Shown here: one piece after another, positions 19,987 to 30,480 of the stretch
How positions within the stretch are numbered: the first letter of the stretch is position 1
Layout of the letters: each line of letters starts with the position of its first letter
UHGV virus genome: UHGV-1374956
DNA from: a virus
DNA length: 63,304 nt
Direction: 5' to 3' (one strand)
Notes under the pieces: generated by a model
Told to the model about the DNA's origin: nothing
The model's input: the letters and a program-made list of their open reading frames with translations, nothing else
Database searches by the model: none
Position numbers and translations under genes: made by a program

Positions 19987-20491
19987 AATTCATATACCTT
20001 TCTAAATTTTGTTTAAATTCCTCCATATTATATTCAAAAAATACTCGCTTTTTAGTACCAGTTATTTCAAAACATTTATGATATCTACCTTTATCAAATT
20101 CTTCTGATTTTAATCTTAAATCTCTAATATGTAAAGATTTAAACATTCCTTCATTTTTTATTCTTTGCATACAATCAGCACTTACAAAAAAAGTCTTATC
20201 ATGTTCTATAAACCACACAATAATTCCAGCACCTGCACCTTCAATTTTTTCCTTTTCTTGTAAACCTGCCCATTGGTTTTGCGTTATATTACTAAAAGGT
20301 AGCGTATTACCTTTTACCGTTTTCATTTCCATATAGTATATGTTAGGATATACATAAGTAATGAAATCACATATATTACGGCCACCCATATAGCCTGCGG
20401 TATTATCAGCAACCCTATTAACATCAAAACCGGCGGTAACCATTTGTTTTCTAAACAATTCTTCAAAATCTTTGCCTCTATTCATTACCAT
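19976..20491 (-). CDS. recU: RecU-like Holliday-junction resolvase
   Basis: ICDFITYV...YMEMKT matches the RecU D-F...E-K-T catalytic pattern. Confidence 0.5.
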   Translation of the reverse strand: MVMNRGKDFEELFRKQMVTAGFDVNRVADNTAGYMGGRNICDFITYVYPNIYYMEMKTVKGNTLPFSNITQNQWAGLQEKEKIEGAGAGIIVWFIEHDKTFFVSADCMQRIKNEGMFKSLHIRDLRLKSEEFDKGRYHKCFEITGTKKRVFFEYNMEEFKQNLERYMNYGK

Positions 20492-20619
20492 TTTTCTCCA
20501 AAAATTTTATCTAATAAACAAGTAAAAATATGAAAAATTAAACCTAAGATTATAAAAGCTAATACTAAATATAGTAAGATTTGTGATACTATATTAAACG
20601 CATGGTGAATTATAGTCAT

Positions 20620-21405
20620 CTATTTCTCCTTCTTACAAATATCAATATAATTACAATAAGCACATACTCTCTTATTTTCACATTTAGGTGGTGCTAAACA
20701 AAGTTTAACGTATTCTTCACAAGTATTTATCTTATTTATAACTTCCTCTTCAATTTCGTGCTGTGTAGGTTTATATAAATATGCTTTTTTAGTACACATA
20801 TCTCTATTTTCATACACAAATAAAACCTTGTCAATACCAAAACATAAACTATAACAACACGCTTGAGGTTTATGCTTATCATCAACACTTGTACGCTTTG
20901 ACCACTTTAGTGAACTTTCTGTTTTAATTTCTAAAATATAATATATGCCTTTGTACTTAATAATCCCGTCACATAAAAAACTCATATTATATTTTTCATT
21001 AAAACATTTATATTCAAATCCGTTCTTTTTCTTAACTATTGTGCCTAATTCTTTACAATGTTTATTTACATATTCTTCGACATCAACCCATTCACAATCA
21101 ATACCGAAATCTTTCATCATAGTAACGTGTTTTTGTAAAAATTCGTGTCTATGACTACCTGTATCCGCCATACTTATTAAACATTCATCTTTATTTTGAT
21201 TAGAAACTTCTGCACCCATTATTTGGTAATACATATTCCTAACACACATAAGTGATGAAGGTTTGTATGACTGGCTTGGACTTCTTGTTTCATCAGCTTT
21301 ACAGATAACGGCCACGAGGTCATTAAGAAATGCCTCGTGTACTGGAATCTGCTCGTTAGCCGCCTTTATAAGATTGTGAATATTCTTTAAAGACTTGCTT
21401 ACCAC
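20620..21405 (-). CDS. PD-(D/E)XK nuclease, Cas4/RecB-like with C-terminal Cys cluster
   Basis: DGII...EIKT motif plus CENKRVCAYCNYIDIC, consistent with an Fe-S exonuclease. Confidence 0.5.
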   Translation of the reverse strand: MVSKSLKNIHNLIKAANEQIPVHEAFLNDLVAVICKADETRSPSQSYKPSSLMCVRNMYYQIMGAEVSNQNKDECLISMADTGSHRHEFLQKHVTMMKDFGIDCEWVDVEEYVNKHCKELGTIVKKKNGFEYKCFNEKYNMSFLCDGIIKYKGIYYILEIKTESSLKWSKRTSVDDKHKPQACCYSLCFGIDKVLFVYENRDMCTKKAYLYKPTQHEIEEEVINKINTCEEYVKLCLAPPKCENKRVCAYCNYIDICKKEK

Positions 21406-22493
21406 TAATTTTCCTCCCCTGCCAATACAGTTAGAAGGTGATGACGTTTTTCTTTACCAAATTTTAAATATCCATCGGTACCATATTCAATATAACACTT
21501 GTCACCACAAACACTTGTAATCAATTCTTTAAGAACATCTAATTGTAATCTTACTTCGAAATTTACAAAATTATTACTTTCTGCATAAGGTAACAATTCA
21601 TTAACTGAATTATCTTTATTGTAGAATTGAATACCATTTTTGGTAAACATTACACGAATACCTTCTTCTTTAGTTTTTACAAATAACATAATACGGTCTA
21701 AAATACCTAGTAACTTATCTTTTTCTACCGCACAAGAAGCAGGACATTCTTCATTAAATAATTGTCTTAAATCATCTGCAATTGATTCTTCAAATTCTTG
21801 TCTACCTTCATCAAAATAACCTAAAATTGTAGTTTTTGGAGTTTGGAACATAATTTTATCATCTTTGCCAGTCCATACTGCAATTTCTTCATTTTCCATT
21901 GTAGCTACTAAATTAACCAATTCCGCTTTAAGCATTGTTGGCTTTCCAAATACATTGATATTAGAAATGGCGGCTGTTGTATTGTTTGTAGTCATTATTT
22001 CATCTCCGAAATAATAACACATTAAGCAAGGATTTTCTGGAGTTTTTGCTAAACTAATTTTATTACCTTCAATACCCCAAACAATAGCAGATAATTTAAT
22101 TTTAGTACCCACACCTTGTTTATCAAATACTAATTCCGGATAGTTATCTAATTCACCTTCATCATTTACTGGTAATTCTAATTTATAATCACCGTTACCT
22201 TTAACTTTTAGATATTTATCTTTAAGTTCCAAAGTAACTTTTTCTGAAGTTGTTTTAGAAATAAGTTGAGCGAATGTTGTAGCTGTAACAGTGACTTTAA
22301 AATTATCACATACAATTTTGTCTTCGCTTACTTGTAAATAATTTTCACCGTCCCAAGCTGTCATGTACAATGTATTTTCAAAACATTTAATACCAATCCA
22401 GCAAGTACGCATCATTGATTCATTGTTACCTACACCTTTCATAACTCTTGCAACTAAATTTTTCAAAACTTCGGTCTCTAATGTAACTTTCAT
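21405..22493 (-). CDS. DNA sliding clamp (beta/DnaN-like)
   Basis: 362 aa, the size of a DnaN-type clamp, encoded in the same replication module as the clamp-loader genes (dnaX at 16041-17045). Confidence 0.45.
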   Translation of the reverse strand: MKVTLETEVLKNLVARVMKGVGNNESMMRTCWIGIKCFENTLYMTAWDGENYLQVSEDKIVCDNFKVTVTATTFAQLISKTTSEKVTLELKDKYLKVKGNGDYKLELPVNDEGELDNYPELVFDKQGVGTKIKLSAIVWGIEGNKISLAKTPENPCLMCYYFGDEIMTTNNTTAAISNINVFGKPTMLKAELVNLVATMENEEIAVWTGKDDKIMFQTPKTTILGYFDEGRQEFEESIADDLRQLFNEECPASCAVEKDKLLGILDRIMLFVKTKEEGIRVMFTKNGIQFYNKDNSVNELLPYAESNNFVNFEVRLQLDVLKELITSVCGDKCYIEYGTDGYLKFGKEKRHHLLTVLAGEEN

Positions 22494-23093
22494 TTATCTC
22501 TCCTTTACTATACTATTTAATACTTCATCTTTTAATGGAGTATCGTATCTAAATCTACCTCTTAAACAGTTTGTTCTAGTTATTGAACGACGACTTTTTA
22601 TACCTCTTGCAGTCATACAAGAGTGAATTCCATCTATAACAACCATTATATCTTCCATACCTAATAATTCTAAGATTTCGCAAATATCCATTCCAATTCT
22701 TTCCTGAACTTGAAGTCTTTTACATACTAAATCAACAATTCTAGCAAATTTAGATAATCCTAGCACTTTTCCACCCTTTGGAATATAGGCAATATGCACA
22801 TTGAGCCTCATCAAAGCACAATGATGTTCACAATGTGAATAAGCTTCAATGTTATTTACCATTACAAGGTCATCTCCGCCTATTTCAAACTGTTTATTAA
22901 ATTTCTCAGCTATATCTTCATTTGAATATTTACAACCCTCAAACAATTCTTTAAAATAACCTACCATTCTTTCAGGTGTTTCTTGCAACCCTTCTCTATT
23001 AGGGTCTTTGTCTATTTCTACTAATAGCTTTTCAAATATTTTAAGCATATTTTGTTCATTTAACATTATACACCTCTTTCTTCTGGATTCCAT
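22494..23093 (-). CDS. folE: GTP cyclohydrolase I
   Basis: CEHH and QVQERI motifs; GLSKFARIVD. Confidence 0.85.
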   Translation of the reverse strand: MESRRKRCIMLNEQNMLKIFEKLLVEIDKDPNREGLQETPERMVGYFKELFEGCKYSNEDIAEKFNKQFEIGGDDLVMVNNIEAYSHCEHHCALMRLNVHIAYIPKGGKVLGLSKFARIVDLVCKRLQVQERIGMDICEILELLGMEDIMVVIDGIHSCMTARGIKSRRSITRTNCLRGRFRYDTPLKDEVLNSIVKER

Positions 23094-23737
23094 ACAATTT
23101 TATGTAATTGTACTTGAAATCTAATATCAAATTTTGGGTATTTAAGTTTAAGTAATTTTACCTCTGTTACTAGATGTTCTAAACTTATCTTTCCAAAACA
23201 AGGGCTGACAAAAATAGTTCCTTTAAAAGATGTATGATGTATTAAAAATTGGCTAATAACACTAATATCATTATCGTCAGACACTACAAATTTTAATACA
23301 TCGTTTTCGTCCATTGTTTGAAAATTTGATTCGCACATTTCATGTTCCATTCCAGAACTTGGACATTTATAATCTACAGTAAAGAACCCTCTGCCCGCTC
23401 TTACTGCAAATACAAACGGCATAATATCTATACTTCCATTAGTTTCAATGTTTATATAATGCCCTGTTTTATTTAATTTATCAATAAGTTCTTTAACACA
23501 ATCTGTATGAAGTAAAGGTTCTCCGCCAGTAATTGTTACGGCTTGAAACCTTACTTTATCCACAATATCATCTATAGACATTAACTGTCCATCTGTTACT
23601 TTTTGAGCATAAGTGGTATCGCAATAAGAACATCTTAAATTACAACCAGCCAATCTAATAAATGTAACTGGCATACCTGTTCTTATTCCTTCACCTTCTA
23701 TGCTATGAAATATTTCTACTACATTTAAACTTGTCAT
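23066..23737 (-). CDS. queE: 7-carboxy-7-deazaguanine synthase (radical SAM)
   Basis: CNLRCSYCDT (CxxxCxxC). Confidence 0.8.
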   Translation of the reverse strand: MTSLNVVEIFHSIEGEGIRTGMPVTFIRLAGCNLRCSYCDTTYAQKVTDGQLMSIDDIVDKVRFQAVTITGGEPLLHTDCVKELIDKLNKTGHYINIETNGSIDIMPFVFAVRAGRGFFTVDYKCPSSGMEHEMCESNFQTMDENDVLKFVVSDDNDISVISQFLIHHTSFKGTIFVSPCFGKISLEHLVTEVKLLKLKYPKFDIRFQVQLHKIVWNPEERGV

Positions 23738-24102
23738 TAGTATCTACTCCATTCTGCAATATTACCTTCACTTTCTTGTACAGTAACACAAGAACACCAA
23801 GTAGTTTCTTTTCCTGTGTCCTTACAATACTCATCAATTTTTTCAGCTATCCAACAAGCTATATTTTCAGCTGTTGGATTAAAATCAAAGATTTCATTTA
23901 AGTTTTTATGGTCTAAAATATCATGTATAGTCCTTTTAATGTGAGTAAAATCTACAAGCATACCATTATTATCTAATTTTTGACCTTGTACTTCTACTAC
24001 AATAATCCAATTATGCCCATGAAGATTTTCACATTTGCTTTGATAGTCCAATTTTAATTGATGACTTCCAGCAATTTCCATTCTTTTACGAACTTTATAC
24101 AT
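23737..24102 (-). CDS. queD: 6-carboxy-5,6,7,8-tetrahydropterin synthase
   Basis: CENLHGHNW (CxxxHGH); 121 aa. Confidence 0.8.
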   Translation of the reverse strand: MYKVRKRMEIAGSHQLKLDYQSKCENLHGHNWIIVVEVQGQKLDNNGMLVDFTHIKRTIHDILDHKNLNEIFDFNPTAENIACWIAEKIDEYCKDTGKETTWCSCVTVQESEGNIAEWSRY

Positions 24103-24760
24103 TACTACCTTCTTTCTCTTCCATATATTCTTTATAACCCCTTTCTCTTAATTTGCATGAAGGGCATTCGTGACATCCACCTTCTACTCCATTATAACAA
24201 GTATGAGTATTATTATAAATATAATCCAAATAACCTAATTCATCTGCCAACTGCCAGGTTTGTTTTTTGTTTAAATACATTAACGGTGTAATTATATTAA
24301 ATTGGTAATCCATAGCCAATGATAATGTTTGTTGTAAAGAATCAATAAACACCCTACGACAATCCGGATATCCACTAAAATCAGTTTCACAACAACCTGT
24401 AATAATATCGTGAGCTCCAATTGATTTGGCATAAATGGCCGCAATAGATAAAAATACATGATTTCTACCATCTACAAAAGTATTAGGATATTTTTCACCT
24501 TGCTTAATATCTAATTCTGTATTAACTAAAGAACAATTGGTTAAGCCTTCAAATATACTTGTTACATTTATTAAATTATAACTTACCCCTAAATCATTTG
24601 CTATCTTTTTAGCCTTTTCTAATTCGTTCCAATGCTTTTGTCCATAAAAGAAAGAAATTGTAAATACGTTCTCTTTTCCGTATGTTTTAATAGCTTGCAC
24701 CAAACAAGTGGTACTGTCTTGTCCTCCACTAAATACCACAACTGCTTTTGATTCACTCAT
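24095..24760 (-). CDS. queC: 7-cyano-7-deazaguanine (preQ0) synthase
   Basis: [15 protein letters not shown]-loop and C-terminal CxxC. Confidence 0.85.
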   Translation of the reverse strand: MSESKAVVVFSGGQDSTTCLVQAIKTYGKENVFTISFFYGQKHWNELEKAKKIANDLGVSYNLINVTSIFEGLTNCSLVNTELDIKQGEKYPNTFVDGRNHVFLSIAAIYAKSIGAHDIITGCCETDFSGYPDCRRVFIDSLQQTLSLAMDYQFNIITPLMYLNKKQTWQLADELGYLDYIYNNTHTCYNGVEGGCHECPSCKLRERGYKEYMEEKEGSNV

Positions 24761-24794
24761 CTTCTATCTCCTTTCAACCCAAACTAGGTTATTT

Positions 24795-24812
24795 AATTAT
24801 TGTATTACAAAA
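24795..24812 (-). promoter_or_regulatory. conserved promoter motif (copy 6, upstream of the que operon)
   Basis: TTTTGTAATACAATAATT. Confidence 0.45.
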
Positions 24813-24881
24813 GTGGTTTAAAAGTAAAGCCTAAGGTTACCGATTCTTAACAAACAATCAGTAACCCTGGCATATATGGAA

Positions 24882-26459
24882 TTAAGAATTAAATCCTGTT
24901 TCTAATTCTTTTAATTGTCTTTGTAATTCTAATTCATGGTATTGTTCTTCACCATTGCTGTATGTTGCGAATGGATGTATAGCAATTCCACCACGTGGAG
25001 TAAATAAACCTTTTACTTCTAAATATTTAGGTTCTAATAATTTAACTAAATCTTTCATAATAATATTTACACAATCTTCATGAAAATCACCATGATTTCT
25101 AAAACTAAATAAATAAAGTTTAAGAGATTTACTTTCCACCATTTTTCTATTTGGAATGTATTTAATATGAATATCTGCAAAATCTGGTTGACCTGTTTTT
25201 GGACAAAGACTTGTAAATTCATAAGCATTAAATTTAACTACATAATCATTATCCGGATGTTTATTTTCAAACCATTCTAAAACAGATGGGTCATAATCAT
25301 ATTTATAATTAGTATTTTTAGAGCCTAAACCTTTAACAGTACCAAATTCTTCGCCCTCTCTACCTGCTGTACTTTCAATTTCTTCAATAGGTTGTGTATC
25401 TGCATTTGCCATCTCAAATATATCTTGTACTGCAACTCTAGTCTCTTGAGCTTTTGCTTCCATTTGTTTTAAATGCTCTTCTCTTTGCTGTTCCATAATC
25501 TCCGCCTTTCTAATAAGTTCTTTTTGTTGTTCTATTGTTTTAGGTTTTAACTTAAACAATGTTTTCTTTTTAATTTCTGTGCCTTTGTATTGGTAATTTT
25601 TAGCCCAATCCATTAAATAAGCTATATTAAATTTACATCTTTCTTGGTAACTTTCTTTAAGTTCTTCAAAATTAAACTTATACTTTTTGCATAATGATTT
25701 AATTTGCTGAATTTCAGCTTCCGGTTGGTGTATAATATGTTGAGGATTATCCAACTGTTTTGAGCTCATTACGACTGTTCCATAAGGTGTCATAATTCCA
25801 CCATTAGCACCTGTCATAATCCAACTTGTAGAATCTGCACTGGTAAACGGATATCTTTCTAATACTGGTAAAGACGTCATACCAAAAGCGTGTGTTTTTA
25901 CATTTGGATTAGAGCTTTGTCCTATAATTCTAAATACTTGCTCAAACCATTCATTTTTCTCTTTAGTAGACCTATCGTTGGCGGGTGATACTCCTATATA
26001 AGGAATATGTTTACCTTCAAAAGTTGTTTCCAACATTCTAACTAACCAGTCAAAGTCTTCATTTTGGTGAAATACTGGCAATATTTTATCCGCACTTTTT
26101 ACACGTTCACGCATATACAAATAATTTTCCCAACCAATTAAGGGAGCTTCTAGACATTGTTTACGTGTTTTAGCTTTTCTAAATTCACCAGGAATTTTAT
26201 CCAATTCGGCCGCTATATAAACATAATCATCTATACTATTTAAGAATTCAATATATTTATCTATATCTACTTCTTTGCCTACTGTATGAGCTGAAAATGC
26301 ACCTGAATCAATAAATAATTTACCCTTACCGTTATTTGCTATCCACGCATCTATAACATTTCTATCATTTATCCAGCTAGCAAGTCTATTGGCTCTTTTA
26401 GCTAATAAATATTCTCTCCAAGCTGGGTTATCACTGCCCGCAAAATATAAATCAAACAT
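24882..26459 (-). CDS. DpdA-like DNA-guanine transglycosylase fused to NADPH-dependent preQ0 reductase QueF
   Basis: N-terminal ~330 aa carry the TGT-like DSGAFS motif. C-terminal ~150 aa carry QueF motifs [14 protein letters not shown] and ESKSLKLYL. Confidence 0.7.
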   Translation of the reverse strand: MFDLYFAGSDNPAWREYLLAKRANRLASWINDRNVIDAWIANNGKGKLFIDSGAFSAHTVGKEVDIDKYIEFLNSIDDYVYIAAELDKIPGEFRKAKTRKQCLEAPLIGWENYLYMRERVKSADKILPVFHQNEDFDWLVRMLETTFEGKHIPYIGVSPANDRSTKEKNEWFEQVFRIIGQSSNPNVKTHAFGMTSLPVLERYPFTSADSTSWIMTGANGGIMTPYGTVVMSSKQLDNPQHIIHQPEAEIQQIKSLCKKYKFNFEELKESYQERCKFNIAYLMDWAKNYQYKGTEIKKKTLFKLKPKTIEQQKELIRKAEIMEQQREEHLKQMEAKAQETRVAVQDIFEMANADTQPIEEIESTAGREGEEFGTVKGLGSKNTNYKYDYDPSVLEWFENKHPDNDYVVKFNAYEFTSLCPKTGQPDFADIHIKYIPNRKMVESKSLKLYLFSFRNHGDFHEDCVNIIMKDLVKLLEPKYLEVKGLFTPRGGIAIHPFATYSNGEEQYHELELQRQLKELETGFNS

Positions 26460-28716
26460 TTATAACCTCTCCATTCCATTTTTCACTTATCACCATATCA
26501 CACCTCCAAGGTAATTTAATTTTAGCTTGTGGACTTTCTTGCATAACTCTTTGGATTACACTTGACAATTCTTTAGCATTTTCTTTAGGTCCTTGACAAA
26601 TCAATTCATCATGTATTTGCATTTTAATTACCCCACCCAACCTTCTAAAATCAGCATCATTACTTAAATTAACCATTGCTAACTTAACCATATCTGCTGA
26701 AGTTCCTTGAATTGGTGTGTTTATTGCTTGACGTTCTGCATCTGCAATTTTTAAAGTATTATCCACAATTTTAATATTATCTCTTTTAGCTTGTTCAAAT
26801 ATTTTTTGTTTATCTTGCCATTTAAAACATTTATCTAAAGCGTGCATATACTCTTCTTGTAAGTCATACGGTACTTCTTGCACTTCAGATTCATTTTCAA
26901 AATCAAGTAAATCAAAATTATTACCTACACCATCTAGCCAACTAAATTCATAAGGTTCTAATTGCATATCTGGAAGATGTCTACGTCTGCCCCAAACAGT
27001 TTCTACATAACCATTTTCATAAGCGAATTGGTATGTATTTTCTGTAAACTCACGTATGCCAGGAAACCTTGCAAAGAAATTTTCTTGAATTTGCTGTGCT
27101 TCCTTAACTTTACAACCTAGTGACTGTGCTAATGAATAGGCTGCCTGCCCGTATGTCATAGCTAATTGAATAACTTTTGCTTTAGACCTACGTTCTTTAC
27201 CTTCCTTATTTACAGTACCATCAGGTCTAAATTCAACACATTCACTGGCAGGAACGTGAAAAGCTGTTGACGCTACTTCCGGGTATAAATCTGCATTAGG
27301 GTCTTGATAAATTTCCAACATATTAGCATCTTGACTCAACCAAGCTGTTGATTTTGGTTCTTGTTGAGAATAGTCAGAACCAATAAATACGCAACCCTCA
27401 TCTGCTATAAACATAGTTCTAATTTCATCGTTATGTGATGGAATATTCTGTAAATTTGGGTCACTGCTTGACATTCTACCTGTGTCTGTTCCATTTTGGT
27501 TAAAACTTGCATGAATTTTTCCTGTTTTTGGATTAACCACTTTAGGCATCTTTTCAATATAAGTAGTAAGCAATTTATTTATTTCTCTATATTTTAAAAT
27601 AGATTTACAAACGGGTTCATCAATTTGTTGTAAAATATCCGAACCTGTACCTCTTTCACTATGTTTATCCGGACTTGTGATACCTAATACATCATAAAGT
27701 AATTGAGCTACCTGTTTACTACTATTAGGATTTAAAGGTAATCTAAAACAATCTTTAGGATTTCTCCTGTTCCATTCCGCTATTTCCTTACTATATAAAG
27801 CACATACTTCATCTAATTGTTGCTGACAATCATCTAACTGTGCATTATATTTTTTGGATAATTCTTCCGCCTTTTGCATATCAAAAGACACGCCTTCACG
27901 TTGCATTTCTGCAATTACCGGCACTAATGGAATTTCTATTGTTTGTAATAATTCCAGTAATTTTTCGTTACCAGGAAGTTCATATTGTTTTAATTGATAT
28001 TCGTATAATTGATAAGTTATCTCAGCATCCTTGGCGGCATACAAATACGCAATATTTATAGGCACATAAGCAAAATTAACACCATTAAATAATTCTGAAT
28101 AATCATTAACTTTCCCATCTTTTGCTATGTTTTTACAATATTGATATTTTAATCCTGCCGGTTCCCTTTCATCTAAAATTTTGGTAGCAACCATCGAGTC
28201 CCAAACTAAATTTTCAAACAACCATTTGAACTGCCAGTAAATAACATTTATATCAAACTTTCCGTTGTGCATAATAGCAGGAATATTTTTTAAACGACTT
28301 AACTGCTTATTAACACTATCTAAAGAAACTTGATTATCTTTTAGCATATTATCTACATAACTTTTATGGCCTATAGGAACATAACAAGCCTTTTCACCTG
28401 GAGTGTATAAACTTAAACCTATTAAATCACAAGTTATAGTATCTAATCCAGATGTTTCCGTATCGAATGCGAATATATTATTTGCAATACATTTATCTAT
28501 ATAATTTGATAATTCTTCTTCCGTTTGTATAAGTAAAAATCTATCTTTTAAATGTCCTAATTCTAATTCTACTTTACTTCTAATTAAATTTACTCTATCT
28601 AAAATTGTGTTTCCTGTGGACTTGCGAGTCGATACTTTTCTTTTAGAATTTTGCACTTTACTCGCAACGGCGGAGGTATTAACCCCCACCGGCGCCTTAA
28701 TATTTAATAATCCCAT
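26452..28716 (-). CDS. polA: family A DNA polymerase (PolA, 3'-5' exo + pol)
   Basis: [21 protein letters not shown] motif B and QIHDELI motif C; 754 aa. Confidence 0.85.
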   Translation of the reverse strand: MGLLNIKAPVGVNTSAVASKVQNSKRKVSTRKSTGNTILDRVNLIRSKVELELGHLKDRFLLIQTEEELSNYIDKCIANNIFAFDTETSGLDTITCDLIGLSLYTPGEKACYVPIGHKSYVDNMLKDNQVSLDSVNKQLSRLKNIPAIMHNGKFDINVIYWQFKWLFENLVWDSMVATKILDEREPAGLKYQYCKNIAKDGKVNDYSELFNGVNFAYVPINIAYLYAAKDAEITYQLYEYQLKQYELPGNEKLLELLQTIEIPLVPVIAEMQREGVSFDMQKAEELSKKYNAQLDDCQQQLDEVCALYSKEIAEWNRRNPKDCFRLPLNPNSSKQVAQLLYDVLGITSPDKHSERGTGSDILQQIDEPVCKSILKYREINKLLTTYIEKMPKVVNPKTGKIHASFNQNGTDTGRMSSSDPNLQNIPSHNDEIRTMFIADEGCVFIGSDYSQQEPKSTAWLSQDANMLEIYQDPNADLYPEVASTAFHVPASECVEFRPDGTVNKEGKERRSKAKVIQLAMTYGQAAYSLAQSLGCKVKEAQQIQENFFARFPGIREFTENTYQFAYENGYVETVWGRRRHLPDMQLEPYEFSWLDGVGNNFDLLDFENESEVQEVPYDLQEEYMHALDKCFKWQDKQKIFEQAKRDNIKIVDNTLKIADAERQAINTPIQGTSADMVKLAMVNLSNDADFRRLGGVIKMQIHDELICQGPKENAKELSSVIQRVMQESPQAKIKLPWRCDMVISEKWNGEVINV

Positions 28717-28718
28717 AA

Positions 28719-29414
28719 TTAAAACCTACTTGCTGTTCTACGTCTTGGTGCTGATGCTTCTGTTTGTTCTGCTGTTGCATTTGTTTCTGTTCTACTTGAA
28801 CGAGTACGTCTTGGAAGATTTTCTTCTTGTTTAGCAACACCAGGAACCTTACCAGTTTCTAAGAAATTTTGCATATCTTCATAAGACATATCTAAAACAT
28901 AGCCGCCTAACAAATCATCAAACTCAGGAAGGTCTTTAATCATAGTATTATCTTTTTCTTGTGCTAGAGGAAATACTTTATAAGTTGTATTAGTATCACC
29001 TTTTGCACCATTTCTTTCAATTTCACAAGGATAATTAACTAATGGAGAATTTCTTCTAATATGACCAGATAATTCATCTTTAAAAGTTCTTCCTCTTTCA
29101 AATAATTTAACTTGTCCATCATCCATATCCAAAACTGGTAAAAACATTTTTACGGTAGTTTTTAAGTCCTTATTCTGTAAAGCTTCTCTACAAAGTGGAC
29201 AATCATCAATTGGTTGGTCATACGTTCTTAAACAATTAACGTATCTTGTTTTACCGTTTACTTCAATTTGATGTACTACATAAAATTTTAAATCGTCCAT
29301 ACTTTCGATGTAAAATCTTACCTTAGCAACATCACCATCGTCTTTTAATTGTAAAAAATTAAAATCTCCTCCGGAACGGTAGTTGTCAACATCATCAATT
29401 CCAATTACTGGCAT
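28719..29414 (-). CDS. putative ssDNA-binding protein (Zn-containing, gp32-like)
   Basis: CLRTYDQPIDDCPLC Zn site; flexible R/S-rich acidic tail. Sits between polA and the primase. Confidence 0.35.
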   Translation of the reverse strand: MPVIGIDDVDNYRSGGDFNFLQLKDDGDVAKVRFYIESMDDLKFYVVHQIEVNGKTRYVNCLRTYDQPIDDCPLCREALQNKDLKTTVKMFLPVLDMDDGQVKLFERGRTFKDELSGHIRRNSPLVNYPCEIERNGAKGDTNTTYKVFPLAQEKDNTMIKDLPEFDDLLGGYVLDMSYEDMQNFLETGKVPGVAKQEENLPRRTRSSRTETNATAEQTEASAPRRRTASRF

Positions 29415-29473
29415 AATCTTCTCCTTCTTTTTTAATTGTACGTTCTGACTACGAAGAGCCTTATGTATATTAT

Positions 29474-29490
29474 TTATTGTATAGCATAAT
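29474..29490 (-). promoter_or_regulatory. conserved promoter motif (copy 7)
   Basis: TTATGCTATACAATAAA. Confidence 0.45.
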
Positions 29491-29529
29491 TTTTAAAATG
29501 CAATAGTTTATTAAATCTTATTTACACTT

Positions 29530-30480
29530 CTAACCTGCCATTCTCATTATACTTACAAATTCATCTTCAGTCAAATCATTAACATCCTTACCTTCCGGAA
29601 TTTGTAAATCTACTATCATTTTACCTTTCACATTATTCCTAAATCGTTGCCTTCCTTTATCTCCAGCTTCATCAGGGTCTAATGCTAATAAAAATTTTCT
29701 AATATGACAATTTTGTAAAATAGGATACTGCTCAAAACTACCTGTACCTATTAAAGCTATGGCAGGAATACCCCAAGTCCAACAAGTTAAGGCATTTATT
29801 ATTGATTCACATACCACCACCTGTGTAATGTCGCTTGAGATGAAGTTCAAACCATATATAGGTTTACTTACATCTCTTGGATAATTAAAGAATTTGGTAT
29901 TTACGCTTCGTCTTGCTACAAAAACACATCTACCTTTTTCATCCCATACTGGAAATGTTACACACTGATTTTCACTATCATAACCTACATCAAATTTTTC
30001 TATAATTTCATCAGTCAATTTACGTTTATACATATAAGGATGAATATATCTATAGGTATCCAATTCTTTTTCAGTTACAAATACCTGTTTTGGTTTTGTT
30101 CTACTTAAATTTAAAGAAAAACCTTTCCTTTTTTCTACTTCCATTGAAACAAAGTTTTCTAATATCCAACGTTTACCATATTCACCTTTATCGTTATAGC
30201 CAAAACAATCACTCACAAATTCTTTAAAATTTGCTACATAACCACAAGTAAAGCAATGAACAGTACCTACAGAAGTTCCATTACTTGCATTCAAATTTAT
30301 ACCACAAGACGGTTTTCTTTCTCTTCCATCTTTATGAATTGGACAACATACTTGAATATTACCATGTGTCTTTTTAATTACATTTAGTTTATCTATACCT
30401 CTATTATGTAATTCTGTTCTTAATGTTTCCAATATTGTCATTTCGTTTTCTAAAATAGGTATATCGTCAATCATTAACAT
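29530..30480 (-). CDS. DNA primase (Zn-finger + TOPRIM)
   Basis: CCPIHKDGRERKPSCGIN CHC2 zinc finger followed by an acidic TOPRIM-like core. Confidence 0.65.
   Translation of the reverse strand: MLMIDDIPILENEMTILETLRTELHNRGIDKLNVIKKTHGNIQVCCPIHKDGRERKPSCGINLNASNGTSVGTVHCFTCGYVANFKEFVSDCFGYNDKGEYGKRWILENFVSMEVEKRKGFSLNLSRTKPKQVFVTEKELDTYRYIHPYMYKRKLTDEIIEKFDVGYDSENQCVTFPVWDEKGRCVFVARRSVNTKFFNYPRDVSKPIYGLNFISSDITQVVVCESIINALTCWTWGIPAIALIGTGSFEQYPILQNCHIRKFLLALDPDEAGDKGRQRFRNNVKGKMIVDLQIPEGKDVNDLTEDEFVSIMRMAG

Noticed and set aside
28590-28700. GC-rich block at the polA 5' end as a possible mobile insertion
   Set aside because: It is simply the in-frame coding sequence of the Ala/Ser/Lys-rich PolA N-terminus.
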